From Candidatus Eremiobacteria bacterium (lineage in GTDB: Bacteria > Vulcanimicrobiota > Vulcanimicrobiia > Vulcanimicrobiales > Vulcanimicrobiaceae), in assembly GCA_963758295.1 (NCBI GenBank), contig CAVWUU010000004.1, positions 1,280,001 to 1,344,000 on the forward strand: a DNA stretch of 64,000 bases, read 5' to 3'. The notes under the pieces were generated by a model, which made no database searches, was not told the DNA's origin, and was given only the letters and a program-made list of their open reading frames with translations. Shown here one piece after another: positions 10,344 through 20,080 of the stretch. Within the stretch, counting starts at the first letter, position 1, and each line of letters starts with the position of its first letter. The position numbers and the translations under genes were made by a program.

Positions 10344-10754
10344 AACCTAAACCTTTGTCGACGCGGTGGTCGGTTCCTCATTTTGGCTCCGCCATCTGTT
10401 TCGACGCGTGAATGGGAGTTTTGACCTCGCTTAGTTTACCGCCGTCGCGGCGATGGGCTTGCGATGCGCGGCTTCCGGGTAAACCGATGAAACGCGAAGG
10501 CAACTCAGTGCGCACGCGAGAGCCGGGATATCGATCTTCGGATCGTGCGAAAGCATCACGGGCGCCGCCGCCCGTTGCAATCAGCGTCGCTAGAGCGCAC
10601 GCATCACCGCGCTCCAACAATCTCGCCGCCGTTCCGAAGACGTTACGGGCCAATTTCCCCTCCGCAACACTCGTCGCTGCCAACTTGAGCCGGCATAGCG
10701 CTTCTGCAGCACAAGCCGCCGGCAAACAGTAACGCAAGCCGTCTGAAACCTTCG

Positions 10755-11765
10755 TCATTTCTCCGGCGGAACGGGCGCATCGGCTTCAATCAAGCCTGCC
10801 GTGCGAAGATCCGACCAGAACGCTTGTGGAATTTTGGTCTTAAGCGAGGTATAGTCGGCGAGAACTTGCTGTTCGTTGGCGCAGCCGACGACGAGCGACA
10901 CGGCGACATCCGGTTGGCTTGAAAACTGCAATGCCGCCGTCCGGAGATCTACACCGTGGCGTGCCGCAACTTCGCGAAGCTTCTGGCGCTTTTCGATCAC
11001 GTCTGAAGGAATCTTGTAGTTCTCTTTGCCGTAATTGAAGCGCGCGCTGCCGCTGATAAAGCCGGCGTTAAGTGACGACCCGACTACGAACTTCATTCCA
11101 TTCTGGCGCGCCTTCGGAAAGACGTGATGCAAGGCGTTTCCGTGATCGATCAACGAATATTGACGCGCCAGGAGACACACGTCGGCGTCGGCTACGTCCA
11201 TGAGTTTGAGGATCGGTTCCGGAGAGTTAACGCCAAGCCCCCACGCGTGGATAATGCCTTCGTCCCGCATCCTGCTCAGCGCCGGAAACGCGCCCTTGCG
11301 TGCAATTTCGAATTGTTCTTCCCACGGCCCGGGCAGCCACACGTTATCCGGTGAAAGATCGTGAACGAACACTACGTCGAGCGCATCCACTCCTAAGCGC
11401 TGAAGGCTGTCTTCAATCGATCGCTTCACGCCCTCAGCGGTGTAATCATAGCGCAGATTGTTGGGCGAGGGTGTGAACGGATAGTATTCCTTCGCGTTGT
11501 TATGCCGCGACGCCGTTAGCAATTTCCCGACCTTCGAAGAGAGGACATATTCGCCCCGCGTTTGTTTATGCAGAAAGCTGCCGAGACGCCGTTCAGCGAG
11601 ACCCAATCCGTACCACGGGGAGGTGTCGAAGTAACGAACCCCCGCATTCCACGCTGCTTCGATCGTCGCGTACGCGTCTTCGTCCGTCACATAGGCGAAC
11701 TCGTTTCCAAATGGGACACCTCCAAGACCAAACGGCTTTCCCGAAAAAATTTCAGCTGCGTTCAT
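10755..11765 (-). CDS. Aldo/keto reductase (D-threo-aldose dehydrogenase-like)
   Basis: GVRYFDTSPWYGLGLAE, SSKVG, RSIEDSLQRLG, FVHD. Confidence 0.92.
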   Translation of the reverse strand: MNAAEIFSGKPFGLGGVPFGNEFAYVTDEDAYATIEAAWNAGVRYFDTSPWYGLGLAERRLGSFLHKQTRGEYVLSSKVGKLLTASRHNNAKEYYPFTPSPNNLRYDYTAEGVKRSIEDSLQRLGVDALDVVFVHDLSPDNVWLPGPWEEQFEIARKGAFPALSRMRDEGIIHAWGLGVNSPEPILKLMDVADADVCLLARQYSLIDHGNALHHVFPKARQNGMKFVVGSSLNAGFISGSARFNYGKENYKIPSDVIEKRQKLREVAARHGVDLRTAALQFSSQPDVAVSLVVGCANEQQVLADYTSLKTKIPQAFWSDLRTAGLIEADAPVPPEK

Positions 11766-12032
11766 GCCGCCCGTTGTTCCCACTAGGCCACAACATGAAA
11801 ATCGCCCGGGCATGACCAAATCGGCGGCCGCGGAGACGTGCATACCGAGCGGTAGTCTGCCGGCAGATGCATTATAGACGGTCTTGAGCTAGGGAACCGC
11901 GCGTCCCAGGCACGCCAAAACTCGAAAGCGCCATCGCGCGGAGGAATACGGTTGCGAGCGGGTTCAGGTATCGTGGTCTCACGTTAGCGCACCAAATTGG
12001 AGCTTTAGCGCCGAGAGCTTGCGCAATACCAT

Positions 12033-12656
12033 TTGAAGATGAAGTATCGTGCCAATTACCGCAGCACTACTTGGCTCTCTCTGTTGCTCCTTTGCGGTGC
12101 TGCCGCAGCAGTTGCCGCTCCAGCGAACGCCTCTGCGTGTCTTGACAAAGTGCTACACAAGGCGGATCGAACAACCTCCACGGCAAGAGCCTTCGATTTC
12201 TATGAGGGCACCTGGACGGTTCAAATGAAGCAACGTAACGTCGATGCGGCACTCCGGCCGGCTTCGGCTTGGACTTCATTCAGCGCAAGCGTCTCCGTCC
12301 GCCGGATCTTTCAAGGTGCCGGCTTTGTTGAAGAATACCGGCTAAATAAGCCGCGCGGAACAAAGTACGCGCTCGGCACGCGATTGTACGATCCAAAAAC
12401 GAATCAGTGGGCGATCTACTGGGCGAATAAGGACGCCGGCGAGTGGGAACCACCGGCTCGTGGCGGCTCCTTGACAAAAGATGGCATAGAAATCATCTAC
12501 GATGACACGTGGGGCGGGCGCGCGATTCTTACTCGATACAAATGGACGACAGTGAACCGCGACCAGCCGGTTTGGGAGCAGTCGCTCTCGGGCGATTGCG
12601 GCGTAACATGGATCCCGAACTGGACCATGAGCTTTGCTCGCATAACGACACACTAG
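12033..12656 (+). CDS. Secreted DUF1579-like protein
   Basis: Signal peptide; FDFYEGTW, RLYDPKTNQWAIYW, WEQSLSGDCGVTW..NW.M.F.R. Confidence 0.7.
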   Translation: MKMKYRANYRSTTWLSLLLLCGAAAAVAAPANASACLDKVLHKADRTTSTARAFDFYEGTWTVQMKQRNVDAALRPASAWTSFSASVSVRRIFQGAGFVEEYRLNKPRGTKYALGTRLYDPKTNQWAIYWANKDAGEWEPPARGGSLTKDGIEIIYDDTWGGRAILTRYKWTTVNRDQPVWEQSLSGDCGVTWIPNWTMSFARITTH

Positions 12657-12683
12657 CCCCGACTCACACGGACTAACATCGAC

Positions 12684-12719
12684 AACCATGGTGCATTGCG
12701 CCATGGTTCTCGTCTTTTT
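12684..12719 (+). terminator. Possible weak terminator hairpin
   Basis: AACCATGG-TGC att GCG-CCATGGTT, followed after a short gap by TTTTT. Confidence 0.4.
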
Positions 12720-12873
12720 AATAACACGACATCACATGCGACGAAATCTGCCGTCTTCGTGACGCTAGCAGCCGTAAGTCAAGGTGTTTTAATGGCTATT
12801 TAAACAACTTCTTTAGATGCAGCAGTTCATGCTGCATTCATTTCACTAACAACGACCATAAGGACATCAACGC

Positions 12874-15800
12874 ATGAAACGACATTCGTTCAGGCGTCTG
12901 ATCACCGGACTCGTAATGAGCGCGCTGTGCGCAGGCCAGGTAACATGGGCACTGGCCGGTACGACGGGCTCTATTTCGGGCACGGTTACAGACGATTCTG
13001 GCGCAGCCGTTGTGGATGCATCCATAACAGCCCTTTCATCGTCCCAAAACGCATCGGCAAAAACCGACTCGCATGGAAGCTTCACCTTTCTCAACCTCGC
13101 ACCGGACACGTATACGGTCTCGATTGAGAAGAGCGGATACAATTCTATCTCCTATGCCGGCGTTACGATCTTTGCAGATCAGAACCAGACGCTCGCGTTT
13201 AAGCTGTCGAAAGCGCTAAAAGAGATTGCAAAGGTCTCGGCGCGCGCTGCCGGCAACCTGGTAAAGTCCGGAACCACGTCTGACGTTTACTCCGTTAATC
13301 AGGCTACGGCAAAGCAAGTTGCGACGTCTGCCGGCGGATACAACCTGGACAATGCCTACTCGGCAATCGCCAATCAACCCGGCGTTTACGAGCAAGTCGG
13401 AAATTACAATTTCGGCCAGGTCTTCTATATCCGCGGGTCCAGTTATTCGCAAACCGGCTACGAGTTCGACGGCGTTCCCGTTAACCGGGCGTTTGACAAT
13501 TACCAGTCAAACTCGCTCTCGAACCTCGGCGCTGCGCAAACGGAAGTCTACACGGGCGGATCGCCGGCCGGTGCTTCTTCCGCAACGCTCGGCGGATACA
13601 TCAATCAAGTTATCAAGACCGGAACCTACCCCGGATACGGTGACGTAACAGGAGCCGTCGGCATTCCGGCCTTCTATCATAAGCTGGATCTCGAAGCCGG
13701 CGGCGCGACGCCGGACCGGTTGTTTTCCTGGTACGTCGGCTTGCGCGGCGCAAACAATACGCCCAACTTCATCGACAACCAGAACGGAAACGAGCTCAAC
13801 CCCGATGGCAGCAATAAGTACGGGTTTCAGGGCTTCTCGAATAACAACGTTTACAATACTTACGAGAACTTCGTAGGTAGCGCGAGCTCAGCGGGGCCAT
13901 GGCCGACATGCCAAAACGGCGTCGCACCCGCGGGCTCGCCGAAGCTAGTCTATGACGGCGGCTTGGGTTTGGCCGGCGATCCGATCTGCGCGTCGTATGC
14001 GCCGCTTGGCTCCCTCGTCTCGGGTGCCGGTTTCGGCGCTTACGGTTACCAAACAGAAGACCGTGAAAACGTCGTAAACTTCCACTTCGGCATCCCGCAT
14101 CACAAAGATGCCGGCCGCGACGACGTTCAGGTCCTATTCGACAACTACTATTACCACTCGATTGGCTGGGATAACGCAAATACCAACGGCGGCTATTCTC
14201 TGATGGAACAGGGATTGACCGGTTGGGCAGCTCCCGGCGGTTATCTCGATCAAATCTTCGGTGGGGGCACATCGGCAACGGTTCCTCAATATCCCGCGGC
14301 AAACACACCGAACATCTGCGCCTTTGAATATGCCTACATGCTCGTTGGCGTAGGAACGGGTTGCGCCCAAAGCGGAGAATCGCCATTTGCTTGGGGCGAC
14401 GGCTTGTTGCTCCAAGGCGTTGGGTTCGGGACGGCGGCGACGTCGGCAAAAGGTGCCGCCAAACCGTACTTCTTCCCGAGTTCGCCTCAGAATCGCGCCG
14501 TTGCGGCGGGCTTGAGCCCGAACCAGGTATCGGGAACGAATAACAACGGCTCGATTTTCAAGCTGCAGTACACGAAGAATATCGGTTCCAACGCGTACGT
14601 GAAGCTCTTCGGGTACTCGTTCTATTCGGATTGGCTGCAAAACAACCCGAACGACGGCGGCTTCTGGCCGATCTACGGCTATGGCTTTAACGCTTCATCG
14701 CCGGATTACGAAGTCGCCTACCATACACGAGGCGTCCAAATGCAAGCCGCGGACCAAATCAGTTCGCAGCACCTGATTACGTTCACGGGCAACTACACCG
14801 CATCGACCGGTGCCCGCAGTAATAACAGTCAGGCCGGCGTTGTAGCCTCACAATCGCCCACCGCCATTCTGATGAATTCGGCGGGGCAATGCTACAGCGG
14901 CGTTACGAACGGCACCGCTACGCGACCGCTCGACGGATCGTACGCCGCCGCGGCGGCAGCCGGTACACCCGTCTCCTGCTTATCACCGCTCGCCGGCATC
15001 GGCGGACCGACGGGTGCTTATTCGTCGGCGACTGCCGTGACCGGAACGCTCGATAACGTTAACAACGGCACTCTAGCCGCGGCTCCGGCGAATGCTCTCG
15101 CCGCGGGTGCCGACTGGACCGTTGCGCAAGACATTCTGCCGAAGACGAACCGAAACTCGGTAGCGCCGCACTTTAGCTCGCTTGCGTTGCAAGACGAATG
15201 GCGCCCGAGCGACAAGATCGACGTGAACCTAGGCGTGCGGTTCGAACAATACCAGTATCAGATTCCGATCTCGAGCGATCCGGAGTCCGTATTCTGGCTC
15301 AACACGATCAATGAAACCGCCTGCGTCGCGCCGACCGGGCTCATACAAGCAGGGAGCCGCGATAATTCTCCGAGTGGAAGCGTTCAATCCATTGCGGGAC
15401 TTTCCGGCTATCCAAATTATCTGACCACCCTACCCGGACAGGCATGTCCGTTTGATAACACCCTGCGCCAGCAGACGTATCACCCGGGACAAAACGGCAT
15501 TCCGTTGCTCAGCCTTGGTGCTACGCCGACGCTGACTCACTCGACGTTCTCGCCGCGTATTGGCGCAACGTACACGCTGAATCCGGATACGGTGCTGCGC
15601 TTCACCTACGGGCGCTACACGCAGCCGACTCCTACGTATGCCGAGCAAGTGCTCACGTACGAAGATGGATATCAGCAAGCACGGAACCTTTACGGCTCGA
15701 AATACTACAACAACGGTCTCGCGTCGACGATTCATGACAACCCGATCCAGTTCTCAAACAACTGGGACTTGTCGCTTGAAAAACACTTCAAAGGTACGGA

Positions 15801-16944
15801 CATCAGTTTCAAGGTGTCGCCGTTCTATCGGTGGACGACGGACCAAGTTATTAGTGTCTCCCTGCCGGGCGGCCTTAACGGCGGCTTCAATGCGGGAACG
15901 CAGAAGTCGCAAGGCGTCGAGCTCCAAATCCAAAAGGGCGACCCGACGCGAAACGGCCTTTCGGGACAGATCTCGTACACGTACACCGACGCGAAGCTCA
16001 AGTACGCGATGATCAACGGCAACAACTCCGTTACCGGATTGCTTGCCAACCTCGATCAATTCTGGGCGTTGACTTCGAATAACAAGTACAATGCGACGAC
16101 GAATCCGACGGGCTCGGCTCCGTGTTACGACGCCGGCGCTCCGGTAATGAACTGTGCGAGCGACCCTCATGCAGTCGTTAACCCGTATTACAACCTGCTA
16201 CCGAACACCACAAAGACTCAGATGAACTCGCAGTATCCGGTGGACGGTTGGTACGAAACGTACGCGAACTTCTTCCCGTCCGACGTCGGCGGCGGCTTCG
16301 GCCTCGACGACTATGCGACGGCGATTCCGCGAAACGTGTTCTCGGGCTTCCTCGCGTACAAGCACAACAAACTGCAAGCATCACTGAACGCGACGCTGCA
16401 ACAAGGTACTCGATACGGCGCTCCGACGCAAATTGTCGGGTTGGACCCAACGACGTGCGCCGAGAACCAAGGCGATGCCGGCGTCGTTACGGGATCCCAG
16501 CTTGCGGACTACCAGAGCTGCGGTAACTCCGTCGTCATCCCAAATCCCACAACCGGTAAATTCGACGGAATTGCACAGTATACGAATCCGTGGATCTTCA
16601 ACCTCGGCGGCCAACTGTCGTATGACATCTCGCCTCGAGTGTCGGCCACGCTTTCGATGGCAAACCTACTGAACCGATGCTTCGGCGGTTCAAAGACCGC
16701 GTGGAGCACGGCGTTTGCACCGAACGGCGGCATCTGTGGATACGCTTACAATTCGAGCGCGTATCTTGGATGGTCGCCGGGCGAAGCATATAACACCGCC
16801 GGCGCTGGATTCTTCTACGGACAAAGTCCGCACGATCCGGCAAACGGCACGGCGGGCTACCCGAACCTGTTCAACCAGGCTTACACACCGCTTCTGGGCG
16901 GCTATCCGTTCCAAGCATACTTCCAACTAACGGTGAAGATCTAG
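12874..16944 (+). CDS. TonB-dependent receptor with N-terminal carboxypeptidase-regulatory-like domain (1356 aa)
   Basis: Signal peptide; F.FLNLAPDTYTVSIEK; plug IRG...GYEFDGVPVN, GGYINQVIKTG; barrel NLGVRFE, FSPRIGATY; amphipathic C-terminal strand. Confidence 0.88.
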   Translation: MKRHSFRRLITGLVMSALCAGQVTWALAGTTGSISGTVTDDSGAAVVDASITALSSSQNASAKTDSHGSFTFLNLAPDTYTVSIEKSGYNSISYAGVTIFADQNQTLAFKLSKALKEIAKVSARAAGNLVKSGTTSDVYSVNQATAKQVATSAGGYNLDNAYSAIANQPGVYEQVGNYNFGQVFYIRGSSYSQTGYEFDGVPVNRAFDNYQSNSLSNLGAAQTEVYTGGSPAGASSATLGGYINQVIKTGTYPGYGDVTGAVGIPAFYHKLDLEAGGATPDRLFSWYVGLRGANNTPNFIDNQNGNELNPDGSNKYGFQGFSNNNVYNTYENFVGSASSAGPWPTCQNGVAPAGSPKLVYDGGLGLAGDPICASYAPLGSLVSGAGFGAYGYQTEDRENVVNFHFGIPHHKDAGRDDVQVLFDNYYYHSIGWDNANTNGGYSLMEQGLTGWAAPGGYLDQIFGGGTSATVPQYPAANTPNICAFEYAYMLVGVGTGCAQSGESPFAWGDGLLLQGVGFGTAATSAKGAAKPYFFPSSPQNRAVAAGLSPNQVSGTNNNGSIFKLQYTKNIGSNAYVKLFGYSFYSDWLQNNPNDGGFWPIYGYGFNASSPDYEVAYHTRGVQMQAADQISSQHLITFTGNYTASTGARSNNSQAGVVASQSPTAILMNSAGQCYSGVTNGTATRPLDGSYAAAAAAGTPVSCLSPLAGIGGPTGAYSSATAVTGTLDNVNNGTLAAAPANALAAGADWTVAQDILPKTNRNSVAPHFSSLALQDEWRPSDKIDVNLGVRFEQYQYQIPISSDPESVFWLNTINETACVAPTGLIQAGSRDNSPSGSVQSIAGLSGYPNYLTTLPGQACPFDNTLRQQTYHPGQNGIPLLSLGATPTLTHSTFSPRIGATYTLNPDTVLRFTYGRYTQPTPTYAEQVLTYEDGYQQARNLYGSKYYNNGLASTIHDNPIQFSNNWDLSLEKHFKGTDISFKVSPFYRWTTDQVISVSLPGGLNGGFNAGTQKSQGVELQIQKGDPTRNGLSGQISYTYTDAKLKYAMINGNNSVTGLLANLDQFWALTSNNKYNATTNPTGSAPCYDAGAPVMNCASDPHAVVNPYYNLLPNTTKTQMNSQYPVDGWYETYANFFPSDVGGGFGLDDYATAIPRNVFSGFLAYKHNKLQASLNATLQQGTRYGAPTQIVGLDPTTCAENQGDAGVVTGSQLADYQSCGNSVVIPNPTTGKFDGIAQYTNPWIFNLGGQLSYDISPRVSATLSMANLLNRCFGGSKTAWSTAFAPNGGICGYAYNSSAYLGWSPGEAYNTAGAGFFYGQSPHDPANGTAGYPNLFNQAYTPLLGGYPFQAYFQLTVKI

Positions 16945-16969
16945 CTAGAGCTCTCACCCGTAACGAACG

Positions 16970-17002
16970 AGGGATCTCCGCTCTGCGGAGATCCCTTTTT
17001 TT
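16970..17002 (+). terminator. Intrinsic terminator
   Basis: 12-bp perfect stem AGGGATCTCCGC tct GCGGAGATCCCT followed by a T-run. Confidence 0.9.
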
Positions 17003-17047
17003 CTCATCGCTTGACGCCTTGGAAGGCGACGCTGATGCCGCTAGCGC

Positions 17048-17326
17048 CTAGCGGCGAAGGTTTGCATCGACGTCTCGCATTACGGCTTGTACGAAAGGCA
17101 CAGCGGAGCTCGGTACGATGAGCACTTCCAGATCGGACGCGGCTGCCACGCGAAGCAACGTTGAGGTTTTCAAGTCGGCGCCAAGTTCGATGTGCGAGAT
17201 TGAAGTAGGCGACATCCCTACTGAGGCGGCGACCTCTTCTTGCGAGCGACCAACTTTTTCGCGGGCCTTTCGAAGCGCCTCCCCGATTCCGGCGTCCGCC
17301 AAAATGCGAGCTTTTGAATACGGCAC
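17048..17326 (-). CDS. XRE family HTH regulator
   Basis: IGEALRKAREKVGRSQEEVAASVGMSPTSISHIELG. Confidence 0.9.
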   Translation of the reverse strand: MPYSKARILADAGIGEALRKAREKVGRSQEEVAASVGMSPTSISHIELGADLKTSTLLRVAAASDLEVLIVPSSAVPFVQAVMRDVDANLRR

Positions 17327-17327
17327 C

Positions 17328-18869
17328 CTAAGATACGATTGTCAACGCGCGCAAGCGCTGGTATCCGGCCGATCGAATTATCGCCCGTACCGTTATCCCC
17401 GCCGCCGAGGCGAAACGCCGGACGAATGATGCCTGCTCTTCTAACGGGATAAGTACGCTCAGGAATCGGCCGAATTCGCTTAGATGCGAAATTTCGCGAG
17501 CGAGGACCCCGGTTACGGTGCGGTGCTCGAGCGAGACGGCGTTGATCTTGTCCATAATATCTTCAGATACGGAAGCGGCAGCAGCATCGCGGCCGTGGAC
17601 GCGCAACAATACCGCATTGAGCAGCGCCGGGAGAACGTCAATCAGCTCGCTTGAGGCACCACACTCGCTATCCGGTACCAGCGTTAGATAGATCGAGCCT
17701 AGCTCCGGGTAAGTTCGCTCGCAAAACCATTGCGTAGTCGCGGTCAGCAGGGAACCGAACTGAAATAGGTCTCGAGAGATATATGCGTTCGCTCCACATG
17801 CAGCGAGTACGCTAAGAGCCCGAAGTGCCCAAACGTCTCGTTCTGCGCCGTTAGACCCGCTGTAAGAAGCTGCGACGATCGCTGCAGCGTGCGTGGCAAC
17901 CGGCAAAGATTTTTCCTGGATGCTGGCGGCATATAATTCAAGCGCGCCGGCGCGGGCGGACTGCATTTGTGCGACCCGAATATCCTGGCGAGCTTCAACC
18001 AGGTGAAGCCACTCGGCCGGTGCGGCATTGACCACGGAAGCCGGGCACGGTATGCCTCGCACGCTGCAGATACGAGCACGTATGACAGCCGCAGCCGCAT
18101 TCATTTCATCCGGCTTCGGAACCGCATTTTCGATGATATCGCAGATGCGGTCCGCGTCGTTCCATTGCCCAACGGAAAATGCGAGGCAGGCCTTTACCAA
18201 TAGAGCCTTTCGCCAAAGTTCAGCATAGGGCAGGGGCAGCGTTTCAAAGACTGCTTCTAGCGCTTTAGATGCCTCTTGAGACCTGCCGGCATAGACGTCG
18301 GCCTCCGCAAGCATGATACGAAGCTCGACGCGGGCTTGGTATGGCAGAAAATGTTGAAAGCCCGCAATTCGGGACAGATCGTTTTCCATTGCCGGCCCAT
18401 CCCCAAGCCGGCGGTTCAACTGAAATGATTCTTTTACGGAGTTGAAGAGTTCGTTATACCAAGACCCTCTCGAGTGCGCCGGTGCTAGATCCGCCGGCTC
18501 ACGGCGGTCGATCTTGTAACGAGGCTGCACGCCGTCGAGTAGCGAGTTCAAATACGAGGCAATCACCATGATTGCGCGTTGGCGCTTACGGAAGTAACTT
18601 CGCACGCTAAGACCAAGCGCTTCAGCAGCATTTCCGTGCGAGTCGGGGCGCTCGACACTGCCCGCGAATACGACGCTCCGCAACTCATCTACGGCGGCAG
18701 ACGGCTGCAGCGCGCGAAACGCGCCGTCTGCCGCCAAAATGACGGCATCCCGCCGAGTTTTCGTCGAAAAAAACTTCTGCAGGTGTCCGGCCAGCTCGCT
18801 TCTCGCGAGTATGCGGTCGTCTTCCAAGTAGCGCAATGCGAACCGGACGTTTTCTTCGCTTACGACCAT
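17328..18869 (-). CDS. Hypothetical protein: N-terminal HTH-like motif plus Ala/Leu-rich helical (TPR-like) body
   Basis: 513-aa ORF; AAEALGLSVRSYFRKRQRAI; N-terminus resembles 23883-25229. Confidence 0.65.
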   Translation of the reverse strand: MVVSEENVRFALRYLEDDRILARSELAGHLQKFFSTKTRRDAVILAADGAFRALQPSAAVDELRSVVFAGSVERPDSHGNAAEALGLSVRSYFRKRQRAIMVIASYLNSLLDGVQPRYKIDRREPADLAPAHSRGSWYNELFNSVKESFQLNRRLGDGPAMENDLSRIAGFQHFLPYQARVELRIMLAEADVYAGRSQEASKALEAVFETLPLPYAELWRKALLVKACLAFSVGQWNDADRICDIIENAVPKPDEMNAAAAVIRARICSVRGIPCPASVVNAAPAEWLHLVEARQDIRVAQMQSARAGALELYAASIQEKSLPVATHAAAIVAASYSGSNGAERDVWALRALSVLAACGANAYISRDLFQFGSLLTATTQWFCERTYPELGSIYLTLVPDSECGASSELIDVLPALLNAVLLRVHGRDAAAASVSEDIMDKINAVSLEHRTVTGVLAREISHLSEFGRFLSVLIPLEEQASFVRRFASAAGITVRAIIRSAGYQRLRALTIVS

Positions 18870-19137
18870 GTATCACCCCAATGAAGCGCCGTCGCGCGTT
18901 AGTTGCCGGTATGGCTTTACGCAACAACGATTTCATGAGCGCCATGCGCCAAAACATCCTCCCGTTATGACACTAACGTGGCAATTTCGTTAAGCGCCAT
19001 TGCAAGAAATGAACTGCAACGTCGCTCGAACATGCTCCTAGTTGACGCATTAACACGTCATAACATACCGCTGCTGCGTGCGTTGTATCTTCGCCGCTCC
19101 GAATAACAAAGCGCCTCGCTCAAGCGATATAAAGACT

Positions 19138-20010
19138 ATGCCCCTTAACGATACGGAACACTGCGTCGATGAGGTCTCGCAGACTACCGTCATTCAGTCG
19201 AGCGCCGCACGCAACTGGCGCGGATTTCACGCGACCCTGTACGAAGCCACAGGCGGGTTGAGCGACACAAAGAGCGCTCAGCATAGGGTAATCATGCACC
19301 TTAGCGCGCCAACGTACAAAATGATTCAATGCGGCGATCGCGTGGTTCGCGGGGTTCACCGCCGTGGAGACCTTACGATCGTTCCCGCCGACGTTACCGT
19401 CACTTGCCGAGCTGCCGCCCCGTCGTGCGCGCTCTCCGTATCCATAACGCCCGGCCTGCTTTGGGAAATCGCCGAAGGCGTCGGCCTGAATCCCCGGCGG
19501 CTCGTTTTCACACCGCAAATTCAGATCTCCGATAAGCTATTGGAACACGTTTGTTGGGCTCTAGCCGAGGAGCTGCAAAGTCTTCGGCGATACAGCCCGC
19601 TTTACGGCGAAAGCCTCGGCATGGCACTCGCATCGCAACTGGTCCGCGGTTATGCAATAGGCGAAGCTTCGCAGGCGCACAGTTTGCCTTCCCAGCGGCT
19701 GCAAGCAGTTTTCGACTACGTGCAGGAACATTTGGGCCACGATCTATCGCTAAGTGAATTGAGCGCGGTCGCGGGTCTGAGCGGCTCCTATCTGCAAATC
19801 TTGTTCAAAGAATTCACAGGCGTATCCGTTCACCGGTACGTGATGCGCGCGCGCCTTCAGCGGGCTTTCGGGCTGGTAACACGCACCACGTTACCGCTTT
19901 GTGACGTCGCTTCGCAGTGCGGCTTTACGGATCAAAGCCATTTTACAAGAACCTTCCGGCGGTTTTACGAGATAACCCCCGCCCAATTGCGTCAAAACGG
20001 CTCGAACTAA
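19138..20010 (+). CDS. AraC family transcriptional regulator
   Basis: DLSLSELSAVAGLS; VASQCGFTDQSHFTRTFRRFYEITP. Confidence 0.93.
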   Translation: MPLNDTEHCVDEVSQTTVIQSSAARNWRGFHATLYEATGGLSDTKSAQHRVIMHLSAPTYKMIQCGDRVVRGVHRRGDLTIVPADVTVTCRAAAPSCALSVSITPGLLWEIAEGVGLNPRRLVFTPQIQISDKLLEHVCWALAEELQSLRRYSPLYGESLGMALASQLVRGYAIGEASQAHSLPSQRLQAVFDYVQEHLGHDLSLSELSAVAGLSGSYLQILFKEFTGVSVHRYVMRARLQRAFGLVTRTTLPLCDVASQCGFTDQSHFTRTFRRFYEITPAQLRQNGSN

Positions 20011-20027
20011 GAGAGTCGCTCCTAAGT

Positions 20028-20067
20028 GCAAGAGGCTCTCGCGTATTGCGAGAGCCTCTTGCGTTTT
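20028..20067. terminator. Terminator between convergent AraC and receptor genes
   Basis: 15-bp perfect inverted repeat GCAAGAGGCTCTCGC gtatt GCGAGAGCCTCTTGC followed by GTTTT. Confidence 0.85.
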
Positions 20068-20080
20068 ACGCTAGCGAACC

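Noticed and set aside
10378..10758. 126-aa ORF with a faint XdhC-like segment (GDACALATLIATGG)
   Set aside because: The similarity is too short to support a call; it may be a remnant or spurious
18685..18957. Small ORF as a signalling peptide for orphan513
   Set aside because: It overlaps the orphan gene out of frame by about 185 bp and lacks signal-peptide features
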